Positions 38,311-48,230 are shown, counted from the first letter of the stretch. The stretch is 64,000 nt of DNA from Mesorhizobium sp. (GCA_041913465.1 JAYSFJ010000015.1:46548-110547); one strand, 5' to 3'. Numbers and translations: made by a program. Notes: a model not told the origin generated them from the sequence alone.

Positions 38311-39807
38311 CTATTCCGCCGCGTCGCGCTGCGGTTCGTCGGGCGCTTCGGGGTGGCCGGGGGCGGTTTCGCAGCCGAGGTCGGGAAAGGCAAGGACGCG
38401 GCGCTGGTGGAAATCGGTGCGCACGACGAGAAGGCCGCGTTCCTCAAAATAGGCAAGCAGGCGCCGCGCGCGGCGCGGCGAGTGGCTGCCATAGGCGCGG
38501 GCGAGCGTGGCGTCGGATGGGGCCGGGGCGTTGAGCGTCGCGGCGCGCGCGACCATCAGGAACACGCCCTGGAGGTCGTCGGGCAGGGTTTCCGAGAGCG
38601 AGAGCGCCTTCGCCCAGACTTCGCCGCCGGCATGTTCGTCGACGCCGGCGCGGGCGACAGCCAGGCGCCGGCGGAAACCCGACAGAGACAGCGGTTCGCC
38701 GGGCACGCGGCGAATGCGGATGCGGACCAGGAAGTCCTGATAGAGCACGGCGTCGGTGCGGAAAGCCGCATCCGGATCGTCGAGGATCTCGCGCAGCACA
38801 GCGTCGATGCCGGCGTCCCGCTCGGCCTCGTCGATGATGGCGAAGACCGGCTCGGCCGGCGGCGCGGGTGCGGGTTTGGGCCGCGACAGCTGCGCCAGCA
38901 GGTCGGCGGTCGGGATCGGCGTCGGCGGCGGCTTGCGCACCACCAGGCGTGCCTCGTCGGGCGCGGGCGTGAAGATCAGGTCGCCGGCATCCTGCGGCGC
39001 CTCCGGCAGCGGCATCAGCTTCGGGCTGCCCGAGCGCGCGGAGGTCTCGACGCTGCCGATGGTGATCGGCAGCGGGCGGCGCGACAGGGCCGGCCCCAGC
39101 GCGACGAAATTGCCGCGCGCCAGGTCGCGGAACATCTCGGCCTGACGGCGATCCATGCCGAGCAGGTCGGCGGCGCGCGCCATGTCGATGTCGAGAAAGG
39201 TGCGGCCCATCAGGAAGTTGGACGCTTCGGCGGCGACGTTCTTCGCGAGCTTGGCCAGCCGCTGGGTCGCAATGACGCCGGCCAGGCCGCGCTTGCGGCC
39301 GCGGCACATCAGGTTGGTCATGGCGCCGAGCGAGAGTTTCCTCGCCTCGTCCGAGACCTCGCCGGCTATTGCCGGCGCGAAAAGCTGCGCCTCGTCGACG
39401 ACGACGAGCACCGGATACCAATGATCCCGCTCGGCATCGAACATGCCGCCGAGAAAGGCGGCCGCCGCGCGCATCTGCTGCTCGACGTCGAGCCCTTCGA
39501 GGTTGAGCACCACAGAGACGCGGTGCTGGCGCACGCGGCCGGCGATCCGCGTCAGCTCCGCCTCGGTGCGGGCGGCGTCGACCACCTGATGGCCGAACTT
39601 GTCCGCCAGCGTGACGAAATCACCCTCCGGGTCAATGATGCATTGCTGCACCCAGGGTGCGCTCTGTTCCAGCAGACGGCGCAGCAGATGCGACTTGCCG
39701 GACCCGGAATTGCCCTGCACCAGCAAGCGGGTCGCCAGCAGTTCTTCGAGATCCATCTCCGCCACGGCGCCGCGAGCCGCGACGCCCATGTCGATGTTGA
39801 CCTTCAT
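38311..39807 (-). CDS. HerA/FtsK-like P-loop ATPase with Pro-rich linker and uncharacterised C-terminal domain
   Basis: 498 aa. Walker A LVQGNSGSGKSHLL, Walker B VLVVVDEAQLFAP and ATQRLAKLAKNV. The C-terminal 230 aa or so have no motif I recognise. Confidence 0.8.
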   Translation of the reverse strand: MKVNIDMGVAARGAVAEMDLEELLATRLLVQGNSGSGKSHLLRRLLEQSAPWVQQCIIDPEGDFVTLADKFGHQVVDAARTEAELTRIAGRVRQHRVSVVLNLEGLDVEQQMRAAAAFLGGMFDAERDHWYPVLVVVDEAQLFAPAIAGEVSDEARKLSLGAMTNLMCRGRKRGLAGVIATQRLAKLAKNVAAEASNFLMGRTFLDIDMARAADLLGMDRRQAEMFRDLARGNFVALGPALSRRPLPITIGSVETSARSGSPKLMPLPEAPQDAGDLIFTPAPDEARLVVRKPPPTPIPTADLLAQLSRPKPAPAPPAEPVFAIIDEAERDAGIDAVLREILDDPDAAFRTDAVLYQDFLVRIRIRRVPGEPLSLSGFRRRLAVARAGVDEHAGGEVWAKALSLSETLPDDLQGVFLMVARAATLNAPAPSDATLARAYGSHSPRRARRLLAYFEERGLLVVRTDFHQRRVLAFPDLGCETAPGHPEAPDEPQRDAAE

Positions 39808-39882
39808 AGGGTATTCCTTCGGGCCCCGGCCTCGGCATGCGCTTTCGGGAGGCAGGTGGCGCCCGGCGACACCGTTGGGCCT

Positions 39883-40143
39883 TTACTCCATGCCGAGCGC
39901 GGCCTTGTAGAGGTCGAGGATCGCCTCTTCCTCCTGCCGCTCGGCCGCATCCTTCTTGCGCAGCCGGATGATCGTGCGCACGGCCTTGGTGTCGAAGCCC
40001 GTGCCCTTCATCTCGGCGTAGACGTCCTTGATGTCGTCGGAGATCGTCTGCTTCTCCTCCTCGAGCCGCTCGACGCGCTCGATGAAGGCCTTGAGCTGGC
40101 CGGCAGCCACTGTCTGGGAGGTTTCGGTGATCTCGTCGGCCAA
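39883..40143 (-). CDS. gapR: GapR (DUF2312) nucleoid-associated protein
   Basis: Within ORF 39883..40245. [69 protein letters not shown] closely parallels Caulobacter GapR. Likely TTG start at 40143 with GAGGAG 7 nt upstream. Confidence 0.85.
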   Translation of the reverse strand: MADEITETSQTVAAGQLKAFIERVERLEEEKQTISDDIKDVYAEMKGTGFDTKAVRTIIRLRKKDAAERQEEEAILDLYKAALGME

Positions 40144-40260
40144 GGCGGAACTCCTCAATCTTGTCGTTGCAGGGCGACTCGCACATCGCCGGGTCCGCCT
40201 GCGATGCCCCACCGTCCCGGCAGGGTCAAGGCGCAAACCGGCCACATCGGGGTGCTGCTG

Positions 40261-40569
40261 TCAGTGGTCCTTCGGACGGTTCTGTTCGAAAGCCGCCTTC
40301 TTGGCGTCGGACGCCTCGGTCTGGTTGAGCGCCTGCCACTCCGCATAGGGCATGCCGTAGATGATCTCGCGCGACTCGTCCTTGGACATGTCGTGGCCGG
40401 CCGCGTTGGCGGCGTCGCGGTACCAGTTCGACAGGCAGTTGCGGCAGAAACCTGCGAGGTTCATCAGGTCGATGTTCTGCACATCATTGCGCTCGCGCAG
40501 ATGCTGGACGAGGCGGCGGAAGGCGGCGGCCTCGAAGTCGCGCTGCTCGGTCTCGGTCAGGTCGGTCAT
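40261..40569 (-). CDS. DUF1244 family protein
   Basis: Within ORF 40261..40686. ATG at 40569 with GAGGAGG upstream. NLAGFCRNCLSNWY motif. Confidence 0.85.
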   Translation of the reverse strand: MTDLTETEQRDFEAAAFRRLVQHLRERNDVQNIDLMNLAGFCRNCLSNWYRDAANAAGHDMSKDESREIIYGMPYAEWQALNQTEASDAKKAAFEQNRPKDH

Positions 40570-40579
40570 CTGTGCCTCC

Positions 40580-41377
40580 TCAGATCGGTCCAGTACGGGA
40601 GCCGAACTGCTTTGCCTCATGGATATCGGGCCGGGCGTTGATCGCGTCAAGGATGGGAGCCAGGCGCCGCGCCCATTCATCCGCACCCGCCTCCGTGGCG
40701 ATCAGGTCCTGTCGGATCTCGATCAGCACATGGGCGAAACCGTTGACGATGGCATGGCGGAACATGGTGTCGCCGCGCAGCGCCCCGTCATAGGGCTCGT
40801 TGTCGCCGACGACCAGCGCGGGGTCGGCCGCCAACGCCTCGATCAGCGGAAGAGGCGCGCGCGGGTCGCTGTCCCACAGGATGCCGGCATGCCACGGCCG
40901 CGGGCGCCCTTGCATGGACGGTGTGAAGGAATGCATCGAGACGATGAAGGGTGAACGGCCGGACGCTTCCGCGACGGAGGCCATCAGCGCGCCGACGGCA
41001 TCGTCATATGGCCGATAGAAGCTGTCCAGCCGGCGTGCGCGCTCCTCCTCCGACATCGGATAATTGCCGGGGATCACGGTGCCGTCATAGAGCTGGCGGA
41101 TCAGCGTCGGGTCGTCCTCGCCGCGATTGGGATCGATCAGCAATCGCGAGAAGCCGGCCATCACAGCCGGCGCTCCGGTCAGTTCGGCGAGCCTGCGCGT
41201 CACCCATTCGACGCCGATGTCGTAGGCGATGTGGCGGTCGAACTCGGCGGCGGGAAGGCCGAGATCGCCGTATTCGTCGGGCATTTCGCGCATGGCATGA
41301 TCGGCAACGATCAGCATGCCGCCGGCACGGTTGCCTTCGATGATCTCGAAAGGGGAAAAGAGGGCCGTCTTGGCCAT
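40580..41377 (-). CDS. N-formylglutamate amidohydrolase family protein
   Basis: Distal 265 codons of ORF 40580..42067, ATG at 41377. LIVADHAMREMP, FSRLLIDPNRG and VSMHSFTP are family motifs. Confidence 0.85.
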   Translation of the reverse strand: MAKTALFSPFEIIEGNRAGGMLIVADHAMREMPDEYGDLGLPAAEFDRHIAYDIGVEWVTRRLAELTGAPAVMAGFSRLLIDPNRGEDDPTLIRQLYDGTVIPGNYPMSEEERARRLDSFYRPYDDAVGALMASVAEASGRSPFIVSMHSFTPSMQGRPRPWHAGILWDSDPRAPLPLIEALAADPALVVGDNEPYDGALRGDTMFRHAIVNGFAHVLIEIRQDLIATEAGADEWARRLAPILDAINARPDIHEAKQFGSRTGPI

Positions 41378-41584
41378 GTCGCCCGTGAACCTGTTTCGCA
41401 AACGGATGTCGCGTCTTCTTTCATCTCGGGCGCATCGACGCAATACGTCACGCCACCCTTGGGAAACGAGCACCGGTCCGTCTTTGTATCGATTTAAGGT
41501 CCCCCGCGGCGGAGTTTCGTTGACAGAGCGCGCGAGTTTTCCGAAAAGAACCCTACATTGCTTCGTCAGCCGAAGAGTTCGAAA

Positions 41585-42070
41585 ATGCAGGTCGCCAAGG
41601 CCGCAAGCGTGCGCCATGCCATAACCCTGCCGGCGCTTTTCGCGGCGGCGATCTTCGGGACGTTCGCCTTCTCCACACCGGCGCTTGCCGATTTCCGAGT
41701 GTGCAACGCGACCCAGAGCCTTGTCGGCGTGGCGATCGGCTATCGCGCCGCGGCGGGCTGGATCACCGAGGGCTGGTGGCATATCGAGAAGTCGACCTGC
41801 AAGACGCTGATCGAAGGTCCGCTCGCCTCGCGCTATTATTATCTCTACGCGGAAGACGCCGAGCGCGGCGGCCGCTGGGACGGTCCGACCAACATGTGCG
41901 TGGCCGAAAAAGAGTTCAAGATCACCGCCGTGAACGACTGCGTGAGGCGCGGGTTCCAGCGGGCCGGGTTCCAGGAATACGACACCCGCGAACAGTCGAG
42001 CTGGATGGTCGAACTCACCGACGAACTGCCGCCCGGCAGTCCCCCTCCCAGCCCGACAGGCACTCAATGA
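41585..42070 (+). CDS. DUF1036 family secreted protein
   Basis: Within ORF 41558..42070. Signal peptide, then DFRVCNATQSLVGVAIGY..GWW.I..C motifs typical of DUF1036. Upstream of pyk, as in many alphaproteobacteria. Confidence 0.85.
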   Translation: MQVAKAASVRHAITLPALFAAAIFGTFAFSTPALADFRVCNATQSLVGVAIGYRAAAGWITEGWWHIEKSTCKTLIEGPLASRYYYLYAEDAERGGRWDGPTNMCVAEKEFKITAVNDCVRRGFQRAGFQEYDTREQSSWMVELTDELPPGSPPPSPTGTQ

Positions 42071-43503
42071 GACGCAGCCGCAAGGTCAAGATCCTCGCCA
42101 CGCTTGGACCCGCATCGTCCTCCGTGGAGATGATTCAGAAGCTGTTCGAGGCCGGTGCGGACGTGTTCCGCATCAATATGAGCCACACCGACCATCCGTT
42201 GATGCGCGAACTGGTAGCGCGCATCCGTGCCGTCGAGACCAAGGTCGGCCGGCCGATCGGCATCCTCGCCGATCTGCAGGGACCCAAGCTTCGCGTCGGT
42301 ATCTTCGCCAACAGCAAGGAAGAGCTGACGCCCGGGCAGACCTTCACGCTCGACGACAATCCTGAGCCGGGCAACGCAATGCGCGTGCATCTTCCGCACC
42401 CCGAGATCCTGGCTTCGGTCAAGCCCGGCGACCGCCTGCTGATCGACGACGGGCGCCTGGCGCTGGTGGCGGAGAACGCTGACGGCAAGACCATTGTCTG
42501 CCGGGTTGTTTCGGGCACGACGATCTCGAACAAAAAGGGCGTCAGCCTGCCCGACACTGACCTGCCGGTCGGCGCATTGACCGACAAGGACCGCAGCGAC
42601 CTCGACGCCGTGCTGGCGACCGGAGTGGACTGGGTCGCGCTGTCCTTCATCCAGCGCCCTGAGGATCTCGCCGAAGTGCGCAAGATCGCGCGGGGCCGGG
42701 CGGCGCTGATGTCGAAGATCGAGAAGCCGCAGGCGGTGGCACGGTTGTCGGAGATCATCGAACTCTCCGACGCGCTGATGGTCGCGCGCGGAGACCTCGG
42801 CGTCGAGATGCCGCTCGAGGCGGTTCCGGGCATCCAGAAGCAGATCACGCGCCTGGCGCGGCGCGCAGGCAAGCCGGTGGTCGTGGCGACGCAAATGCTG
42901 GAATCGATGATAAGCGCGCCGGTGCCGACGCGCGCCGAGGTGTCGGACGTATCGATCGCCGTGTTCGAGGGCGCGGATGCGATCATGCTGTCGGCAGAAT
43001 CCGCCGCGGGCCAGTATCCGATCGAGTCGGTGGCGATGATGAACAAGATCGCCGTGAAGGTGGAGCAGGATCCGCTCTATCCGGGCATCATCAATGCCCA
43101 GCGCTCCGAGCCGGAAGCAACCGGAGCCGATGCGATTTCCGCCGCCGCGCGCCAGATCGGCGAGACGCTGAAGCTGTCGGCGATCGTCACCTACACCTCG
43201 TCCGGCACGACAGGCCTGCGCGCCGCCCGTGAACGGCCGCAACTGCCGATCATCTCGCTGTCGCCGGTGCTTGCCACGGCGCGTCGACTGTCGCTGGTCT
43301 GGGGCCAGCATTGCGTGGTGACGCCGGATGCCAACGATCTCGACGATATGGTCGACCGAGCCTGCCGCATCGCCTTCGACGAGGGATTCGGCAAGCCGGG
43401 CGACAGGATCATCATCACCGCCGGCGTACCCCTGGGCACCCCTGGCGCAACCAACATGCTGCGCATCGCATATATCGGCTCCGACGGCATGACGGGGATG
43501 TAG
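42067..43503 (+). CDS. pyk: Pyruvate kinase
   Basis: Distal part of ORF 41701..43503. ATG at 42067 overlaps the DUF1036 stop. KILATLGPAS, FRINMSHT, MVARGDLGVE and ATQMLESM. Confidence 0.96.
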   Translation: MRRSRKVKILATLGPASSSVEMIQKLFEAGADVFRINMSHTDHPLMRELVARIRAVETKVGRPIGILADLQGPKLRVGIFANSKEELTPGQTFTLDDNPEPGNAMRVHLPHPEILASVKPGDRLLIDDGRLALVAENADGKTIVCRVVSGTTISNKKGVSLPDTDLPVGALTDKDRSDLDAVLATGVDWVALSFIQRPEDLAEVRKIARGRAALMSKIEKPQAVARLSEIIELSDALMVARGDLGVEMPLEAVPGIQKQITRLARRAGKPVVVATQMLESMISAPVPTRAEVSDVSIAVFEGADAIMLSAESAAGQYPIESVAMMNKIAVKVEQDPLYPGIINAQRSEPEATGADAISAAARQIGETLKLSAIVTYTSSGTTGLRAARERPQLPIISLSPVLATARRLSLVWGQHCVVTPDANDLDDMVDRACRIAFDEGFGKPGDRIIITAGVPLGTPGATNMLRIAYIGSDGMTGM

Positions 43504-43520
43504 GCCGCTTTGTCCGGCGG

Positions 43521-43898
43521 TCAGATACCGTCCGGCAGCCAGTGATGCCGGTGGTGCGCGTAGACCGATTTCTCCGGCGCGGGGAAGGCGGGATCGGCGA
43601 AAGCGCCGCTCGCGACAGCGACGAAATCCGGCTTGCGCGACGGTTCCCACCAGACCGTGCTGCCGCAGACGGGGCAGAAGTGGAACGTCACCGGAAAGCC
43701 GCTGTCGGACGCACGTTCCCATTCGGTCGACCGGCCGGACACCGTAGTCGCCAGCCTTGAGAAGAATGCCGCAATGCCGAACGGGCCACCGGTGCGGCGC
43801 TGGCATTCGAGGCAATGGCAGAGCGACACCGAGACGGGCTCTCCGACACATTCGACGCGCAGGTCGCCGCAGGAGCAGGTTGCGATCCGGGTCGCCAT
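43521..43898 (-). CDS. GFA (CENP-V/glutathione-dependent formaldehyde-activating-like) family protein
   Basis: Last 125 codons of ORF 43521..44993, ATG at 43898. Zinc-site cysteines: CSCG, CHCLECQRRTG and FCPVCGS. Confidence 0.85.
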   Translation of the reverse strand: MATRIATCSCGDLRVECVGEPVSVSLCHCLECQRRTGGPFGIAAFFSRLATTVSGRSTEWERASDSGFPVTFHFCPVCGSTVWWEPSRKPDFVAVASGAFADPAFPAPEKSVYAHHRHHWLPDGI

Positions 43899-43900
43899 GC

Positions 43901-44974
43901 CTATTCCCCGGGCTTGAGCTCGGGCGAACGATGGGGCGCGCTTTCGTCGACGCAGATGCCGACGCCGTAGCTGTCGCCCGACAGGCGCGCTTCGACCTGC
44001 TTTGCAACAGCCTGGAGGTCGGTGGGCTTTCCGGCCAGCTTCTCGATAGCCGCGACGGCGAGGTCGGTGGCGATCCATTCCGGCTTGTGGCCGAGATTGT
44101 GCACCCAGATCAGTTCGGCACCGGGGATATCCCGTCCGAGACCGGCCGAGTGAATCTCCTCGTAGACGACCGTGTCGCGGTCGCCCGAGATCACAACCGT
44201 CGGGGCTGCGATCTCGCCATAGCGCGGCGCGGTTGCGACTGCGTGGCGGTAGAGGCCTTCGACATCGGTGGCGTTGGCCCGGAAAGCGGCAGGCCGGAGA
44301 ACCAGCGAGATCGACGCGTCGCGGGCATAGTCGTCGGGCGCCTTGTTCGGCGAGAAGACGCAGTCGGTTGCAGCACCCAGCCGCAATACGCCGCCGGGGT
44401 AGGACAGGGTTTCGGAGAACAGCGGTCCGATCACCGGCGTCGTCGTCAGAGTGTAGTACCAGGAAGTGGCGCCGCCGGGCCACGGATGGCTGGCCGGCGC
44501 GAGAAACAGCACTCCCGCGGTCCGATCGGGGAAATCGAGGGCGAAGGTCGCGGCGATCGCGCCGCCGAAGGAATGGCCGACGACGATCGCGCGATCGATC
44601 CCGACATGATCCATCAGCGCGGCGATCGTCTTCGCCTGGCCATGCGGATCCTCGTTCGCGGACCCGCGGCCGGACCAGCCATGGCCGGGCCGGTCGAAGA
44701 ACAGCATCTCCGCCCGCCCCACCAGATGCTTGCGGAACGGCAGCATCTGGTCCTTCAGGTTGCCGCTGGCGCCGTGGATGAAGATCACCGGCGGAAGGTC
44801 GGCGCCCTTCGGCTCTTCGGCTTGGACGAAGTGCATCCGCGTGGCATTGACGGTGGCGAAGGTTCCGACCGGCGGGTTGCGGCGCTCGATCAGCCAGGCG
44901 CCCACGCGGGTCACACCGGCAAGCGCGAGAAGAAGTGCCGCGAGGAAGCAGATCAGCGCGTAGAGGAGATTCAT
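43901..44974 (-). CDS. Alpha/beta hydrolase with N-terminal membrane anchor
   Basis: 357 aa. VIFIHGASGN and the nucleophile elbow VVGHSFGG. N-terminal TM helix LLYALICFLAALLLALAG. Confidence 0.85.
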   Translation of the reverse strand: MNLLYALICFLAALLLALAGVTRVGAWLIERRNPPVGTFATVNATRMHFVQAEEPKGADLPPVIFIHGASGNLKDQMLPFRKHLVGRAEMLFFDRPGHGWSGRGSANEDPHGQAKTIAALMDHVGIDRAIVVGHSFGGAIAATFALDFPDRTAGVLFLAPASHPWPGGATSWYYTLTTTPVIGPLFSETLSYPGGVLRLGAATDCVFSPNKAPDDYARDASISLVLRPAAFRANATDVEGLYRHAVATAPRYGEIAAPTVVISGDRDTVVYEEIHSAGLGRDIPGAELIWVHNLGHKPEWIATDLAVAAIEKLAGKPTDLQAVAKQVEARLSGDSYGVGICVDESAPHRSPELKPGE

Positions 44975-45047
44975 GTACGCCGTGGAGGAGCAAGGGAAGT
45001 AGAGACGTGACTATCGCGCCTCGCGGCGGAGAAGGAAAGATGCCGGC

Positions 45048-45641
45048 TCAGATGCCTTCACCCGCCAGTTCCTCGGACAGTTCGGCCACTTCCTTCTGGG
45101 CGTTGCGCATCATCGGATAGATTGATAGCGCACGTTCGTAGGCGTCGAGCGCGAGTTCCTTTCGGCCCGACTGCTTGAGGATCGAGCCCATCCCGGACAG
45201 CGCTCCGAAATGGCGCGGCTCCAGCCGGAGCGTCCGGTCAATGTCGGCCATCGACTTGCGATAATTGTTCATCAGGAAATGGACGGTGGCGCGCCTGTTC
45301 CAGCCCTCCGCATAGTCGGGCTGGAGCACGGTGACGCGGTCGAGGAAGTCGAGTGCGACGCCGTATTTCTTGGCTTCGATGGCCTCCTGCGACCATTGCA
45401 TCATCGCGTCGATCGAGGCGCTGCCGGAATCGAACCAACTCTCGCGGATACGTGAGGCGATGCGCTCCGCCGCCATCTCCTTGCGCTCGCGCCTCAGCTC
45501 CTCGAAGAGCTTGTCGAGAGCCTTGGCTTTTTCGGATTGCGTCATCGCCGGCGCGACCGCGGCCGCGCTCGATTGCGAATATGAGGAGAATGTCGGGGCG
45601 AATACGCCCAATCCGACGAGCAATAGCAAAACGCTGCGCAT
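45048..45641 (-). CDS. Secreted TPR-repeat protein
   Basis: 197 aa. Signal peptide, then TPR-like units (PDYAEGWNRRATVHFLMNNYRKSMADIDRTLRLEPRHFGALSGMG..ALDAYERAL). Confidence 0.8.
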   Translation of the reverse strand: MRSVLLLLVGLGVFAPTFSSYSQSSAAAVAPAMTQSEKAKALDKLFEELRRERKEMAAERIASRIRESWFDSGSASIDAMMQWSQEAIEAKKYGVALDFLDRVTVLQPDYAEGWNRRATVHFLMNNYRKSMADIDRTLRLEPRHFGALSGMGSILKQSGRKELALDAYERALSIYPMMRNAQKEVAELSEELAGEGI

Positions 45642-45700
45642 ACCTGGAAACTAGTCCCGATTCGCGCAGCGTTAAACTGAAATTCGCGTGAAGCGGACGA

Positions 45701-45826
45701 TCAGCCCTGGCGCGCCTTGTAGCGCGGAGCCGTCTTGTTGATGATGTAGATGCGGCCCTTGCGGCGAACCAGCTGGTTGTCGCGATGCCGGCCCTTGAGC
45801 GCCTTGAGCGAGTTCTTGATCTTCAT
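45701..45826 (-). CDS. rpmJ: 50S ribosomal protein L36 (bL36)
   Basis: My own translation of the reverse strand gives [41 protein letters not shown], then stop. This is the alphaproteobacterial 41-aa L36 form. It is too short for the ORF track, and the track ORF 45672..45932 is in the wrong frame. Confidence 0.93.
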   Translation of the reverse strand: MKIKNSLKALKGRHRDNQLVRRKGRIYIINKTAPRYKARQG

Positions 45827-45942
45827 GGTCTTGACCCGTCGGTGAGGCCCGTTCGGGCCAAAATGCAAGACGCGCCGAACGGGCGCGCCAAAAACGATGC
45901 GGGTCCATACCGGCGCGGCGGATGGCTGTCAAGGCGGAGAGC

Positions 45943-46221
45943 TCATCGTGCCGTCAGGGAGACGTTGAGACGCGTTCCCGTAGCCTCGGCATAGCGACGA
46001 AGCGTCGACAGCGACGGCGAGATCCGGCCGCTTTCGAGCCGCGCGATGGCTGACTGGGTCGTTCCAAGGCGGGCGGCCAGATCCGCCTGCGACAGACGCG
46101 CCGAGGTTCGGGCGGCGATCAATGCCTCGATCACGGCGTATTCTTCGTCGGCCTTGCGGTACTCTGTGTCAAATTCCGGACTTTCCCGGAGCCTTTGCTT
46201 CAGTTCAGTCAGCTTCGTCAT
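45943..46221 (-). CDS. XRE-family HTH antitoxin (HigA-like)
   Basis: 92 aa. HTH region LSQADLAARLGTTQSAIARLESG. Overlaps the upstream toxin gene by 4 nt. Confidence 0.8.
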   Translation of the reverse strand: MTKLTELKQRLRESPEFDTEYRKADEEYAVIEALIAARTSARLSQADLAARLGTTQSAIARLESGRISPSLSTLRRYAEATGTRLNVSLTAR

Positions 46222-46544
46222 CGCATCACCCGCTTCAATCTATCTTCGGCGATAGCCAGTGCCCCTGGCGGGGTCTTCTGCGATTTCTTCGCGAAGACAT
46301 GGAGGACGACCACTCGCTGGCCGGTGACGGCGACGTAGATGCCTCTCGCGATTCCTTCGGGAGACTTTGCTCTGAGCTCCCACAGCTTGCCGCGCAAGTG
46401 CTTGGCATGCGGCTCGTGTATCCTTTCGAGGCCTAGATGCTCCACCATCTCGAACAAGCGGATCAGGCGCGCTTGCAGGGATATCGGCAGCGCCGCGATT
46501 TCGGCGTCGACGGTTACGTCCAGAGTCTCGACCGTCCACGGCAT
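46218..46544 (-). CDS. RelE/ParE-superfamily toxin (HigB / phage Gp49-like)
   Basis: 108 aa. KHLRGKLWELRAKSPEGIARGIYVAVTGQRVVVLHVFAKKSQKTP matches the Gp49/HigB-like toxin pattern. Toxin-first gene order. Confidence 0.8.
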   Translation of the reverse strand: MPWTVETLDVTVDAEIAALPISLQARLIRLFEMVEHLGLERIHEPHAKHLRGKLWELRAKSPEGIARGIYVAVTGQRVVVLHVFAKKSQKTPPGALAIAEDRLKRVMR

Positions 46545-46563
46545 CGGTAAGTTCCAAAGCGTG

Positions 46564-46585
46564 TTTATAGCAAATATGCTATAAA
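46564..46585. promoter_or_regulatory. Perfect AT-rich inverted repeat, candidate TA operator/promoter
   Basis: TTTATAGCA-AATA-TGCTATAAA, 20-41 nt upstream of the toxin ATG at 46544. Overlaps the purK stop codon (46579-46581). Confidence 0.45.
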
Positions 46586-47664
46586 GCTCGTCTCGTCAAC
46601 CGCGTAAAATGCCCCATCTTGCGCCCGGGGCGGGCTTCGGCCTTGCCGTAGAGGTGGATGACGACATCCGGCTGCGCGGCGAGTTCGGCAAGGCGGTTCA
46701 CGTCGTCGCCGATCAGGTTCTCCATCACGCAGTCGGAGTGACGCGACGGGTCGCCCAGCGGCAGGCCGACGATTGCTCGGATGTGCTGTTCGAACTGCGA
46801 GACGGCGCAGGCCGCTTCGGTCCAATGGCCCGAATTGTGAACGCGGGGCGCAATCTCGTTGACCAGCAGGTTGCCGTCCGTCAGTACAAAGAACTCGACG
46901 CCGATAACGCCGACATAGCCGAGTTCGGTCAGGATTTTCATCGCTGCGCTCTTCGCCGCTTCGGCGGTCGGACCCGATACACGGGCCGGAACCGTCGAGC
47001 TGTGCAGGATGCCGTCGCGGTGAACATTCTCGACCGGATCGTAGCATTGGACCGCGCCGTCGCGACCCCGGGTCCCGATCACGGAGATCTCGCGCTCGAA
47101 CGGGATCAGGCTTTCGAGGATCAGGGGCACACCGCCCATCGCGGCGTAGAGCCCCAAAAGGTCGCCAGGCATCGCTCCGCGGAGCACGCGCTGGCCCTTG
47201 CCGTCATAACCCATGCGGCGGGTCTTCAGCACGCCGGAACCGCCGAAAGCCCCGCAGGCGGCGATCAGGTCGGCGTCGCTGTCGACGGCGCGGAAGTTCG
47301 CGGTAGGGATACCGGCCGCGTTGACGAAGCTCTTTTCTGTCAACCGGTCCTGCGACACCTCGAGCGCCATTGGAGGCGGCGAGACCTCTGCGGGCGACGC
47401 CAGCGCGGCAGCGGCCCCCACCGGCACGTTCTCGAACTCATAGGTAACGACGTCGCAGGTTCTGCCCAGCTCGGCCAAGGCTTGCGGATCGTCGTAAGCC
47501 GCGACGATCTGCCGGTTCGTCACCTGGGCAGCCGGGCAATCGGCCTGAGGCTCGAGCACGATCGTGCGGTAGCCGAGTCGCGCGGCCGCCATCGCCAGCA
47601 TGCGGCCGAGTTGGCCACCGCCGATGATGCCGATCGTCGAGCCCGGCGCCAATGGGCCGCTCAT
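46579..47664 (-). CDS. purK: 5-(carboxyamino)imidazole ribonucleotide synthase
   Basis: 361 aa. [17 protein letters not shown] and an ATP-grasp domain. Overlaps the purE stop by 4 nt. Confidence 0.95.
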   Translation of the reverse strand: MSGPLAPGSTIGIIGGGQLGRMLAMAAARLGYRTIVLEPQADCPAAQVTNRQIVAAYDDPQALAELGRTCDVVTYEFENVPVGAAAALASPAEVSPPPMALEVSQDRLTEKSFVNAAGIPTANFRAVDSDADLIAACGAFGGSGVLKTRRMGYDGKGQRVLRGAMPGDLLGLYAAMGGVPLILESLIPFEREISVIGTRGRDGAVQCYDPVENVHRDGILHSSTVPARVSGPTAEAAKSAAMKILTELGYVGVIGVEFFVLTDGNLLVNEIAPRVHNSGHWTEAACAVSQFEQHIRAIVGLPLGDPSRHSDCVMENLIGDDVNRLAELAAQPDVVIHLYGKAEARPGRKMGHFTRLTRRAL

Positions 47665-48155
47665 TCAGCGTTGTCCGACGGAGTCAGCGCCACCTTGTCG
47701 CTCTGCGCCTTGCGGAAGGCGTCGAGGCGCTCGGCCAGCGCGTCGTCGTTGAGCGCCAGGACGGCTGCCGCCAGCAGCGCGGCATTGACCGCGCCGGCGC
47801 GACCGATGGCCAGCGTGCCAACGGGGATGCCGGCGGGCATCTGAACGATCGAAAGGAGCGAGTCCTGTCCAGACAGCGCCTTGGACTCGACCGGCACTCC
47901 GAACACCGGCAGAGGAGTGAGCGAAGCGGTCATCCCCGGCAGGTGCGCAGCGCCGCCGGCACCGGCGATCACCACCTTGTAGCCCTTGGCCTTCGCGCGG
48001 CGGGCGAAGTCGTAAAGCCGTTCGGGTGTGCGGTGGGCGGAGACGATCAGGCGGTCGTGAGGAATGCCGAGGGTCTCGAGCGTCTCGGCGGCATGACGCA
48101 TGGTCGCCCAGTCGGACTGGCTGCCCATGATGATCGCGACGTCGCTGCCGGCCAT
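47661..48155 (-). CDS. purE: 5-(carboxyamino)imidazole ribonucleotide mutase
   Basis: Within ORF 47661..48209, ATG at 48155. [18 protein letters not shown] and [10 protein letters not shown]. Confidence 0.95.
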   Translation of the reverse strand: MAGSDVAIIMGSQSDWATMRHAAETLETLGIPHDRLIVSAHRTPERLYDFARRAKAKGYKVVIAGAGGAAHLPGMTASLTPLPVFGVPVESKALSGQDSLLSIVQMPAGIPVGTLAIGRAGAVNAALLAAAVLALNDDALAERLDAFRKAQSDKVALTPSDNAE

Positions 48156-48230
48156 GTCGGATTCCCTCGTCAAGGCGGCGGACCTAGCGGAAACGGGCAA
48201 TGCGTGCAAGCAGCGGCCACAGCGCAGCCG

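Noticed and set aside
38353-40641. 762-aa plus-strand ORF, and similar shadow ORFs (27179..29155, 34030..35742, 42064..44007, 49226..51022, 22283..23257, 53742..55070)
   Set aside because: Each is antisense or out of frame to a confidently recognised gene (ATPase/gapR, livJ/pyc, MFS, pyk, MFS, livH, glycosyltransferase). Each has R/G/A/D-biased composition without motifs.
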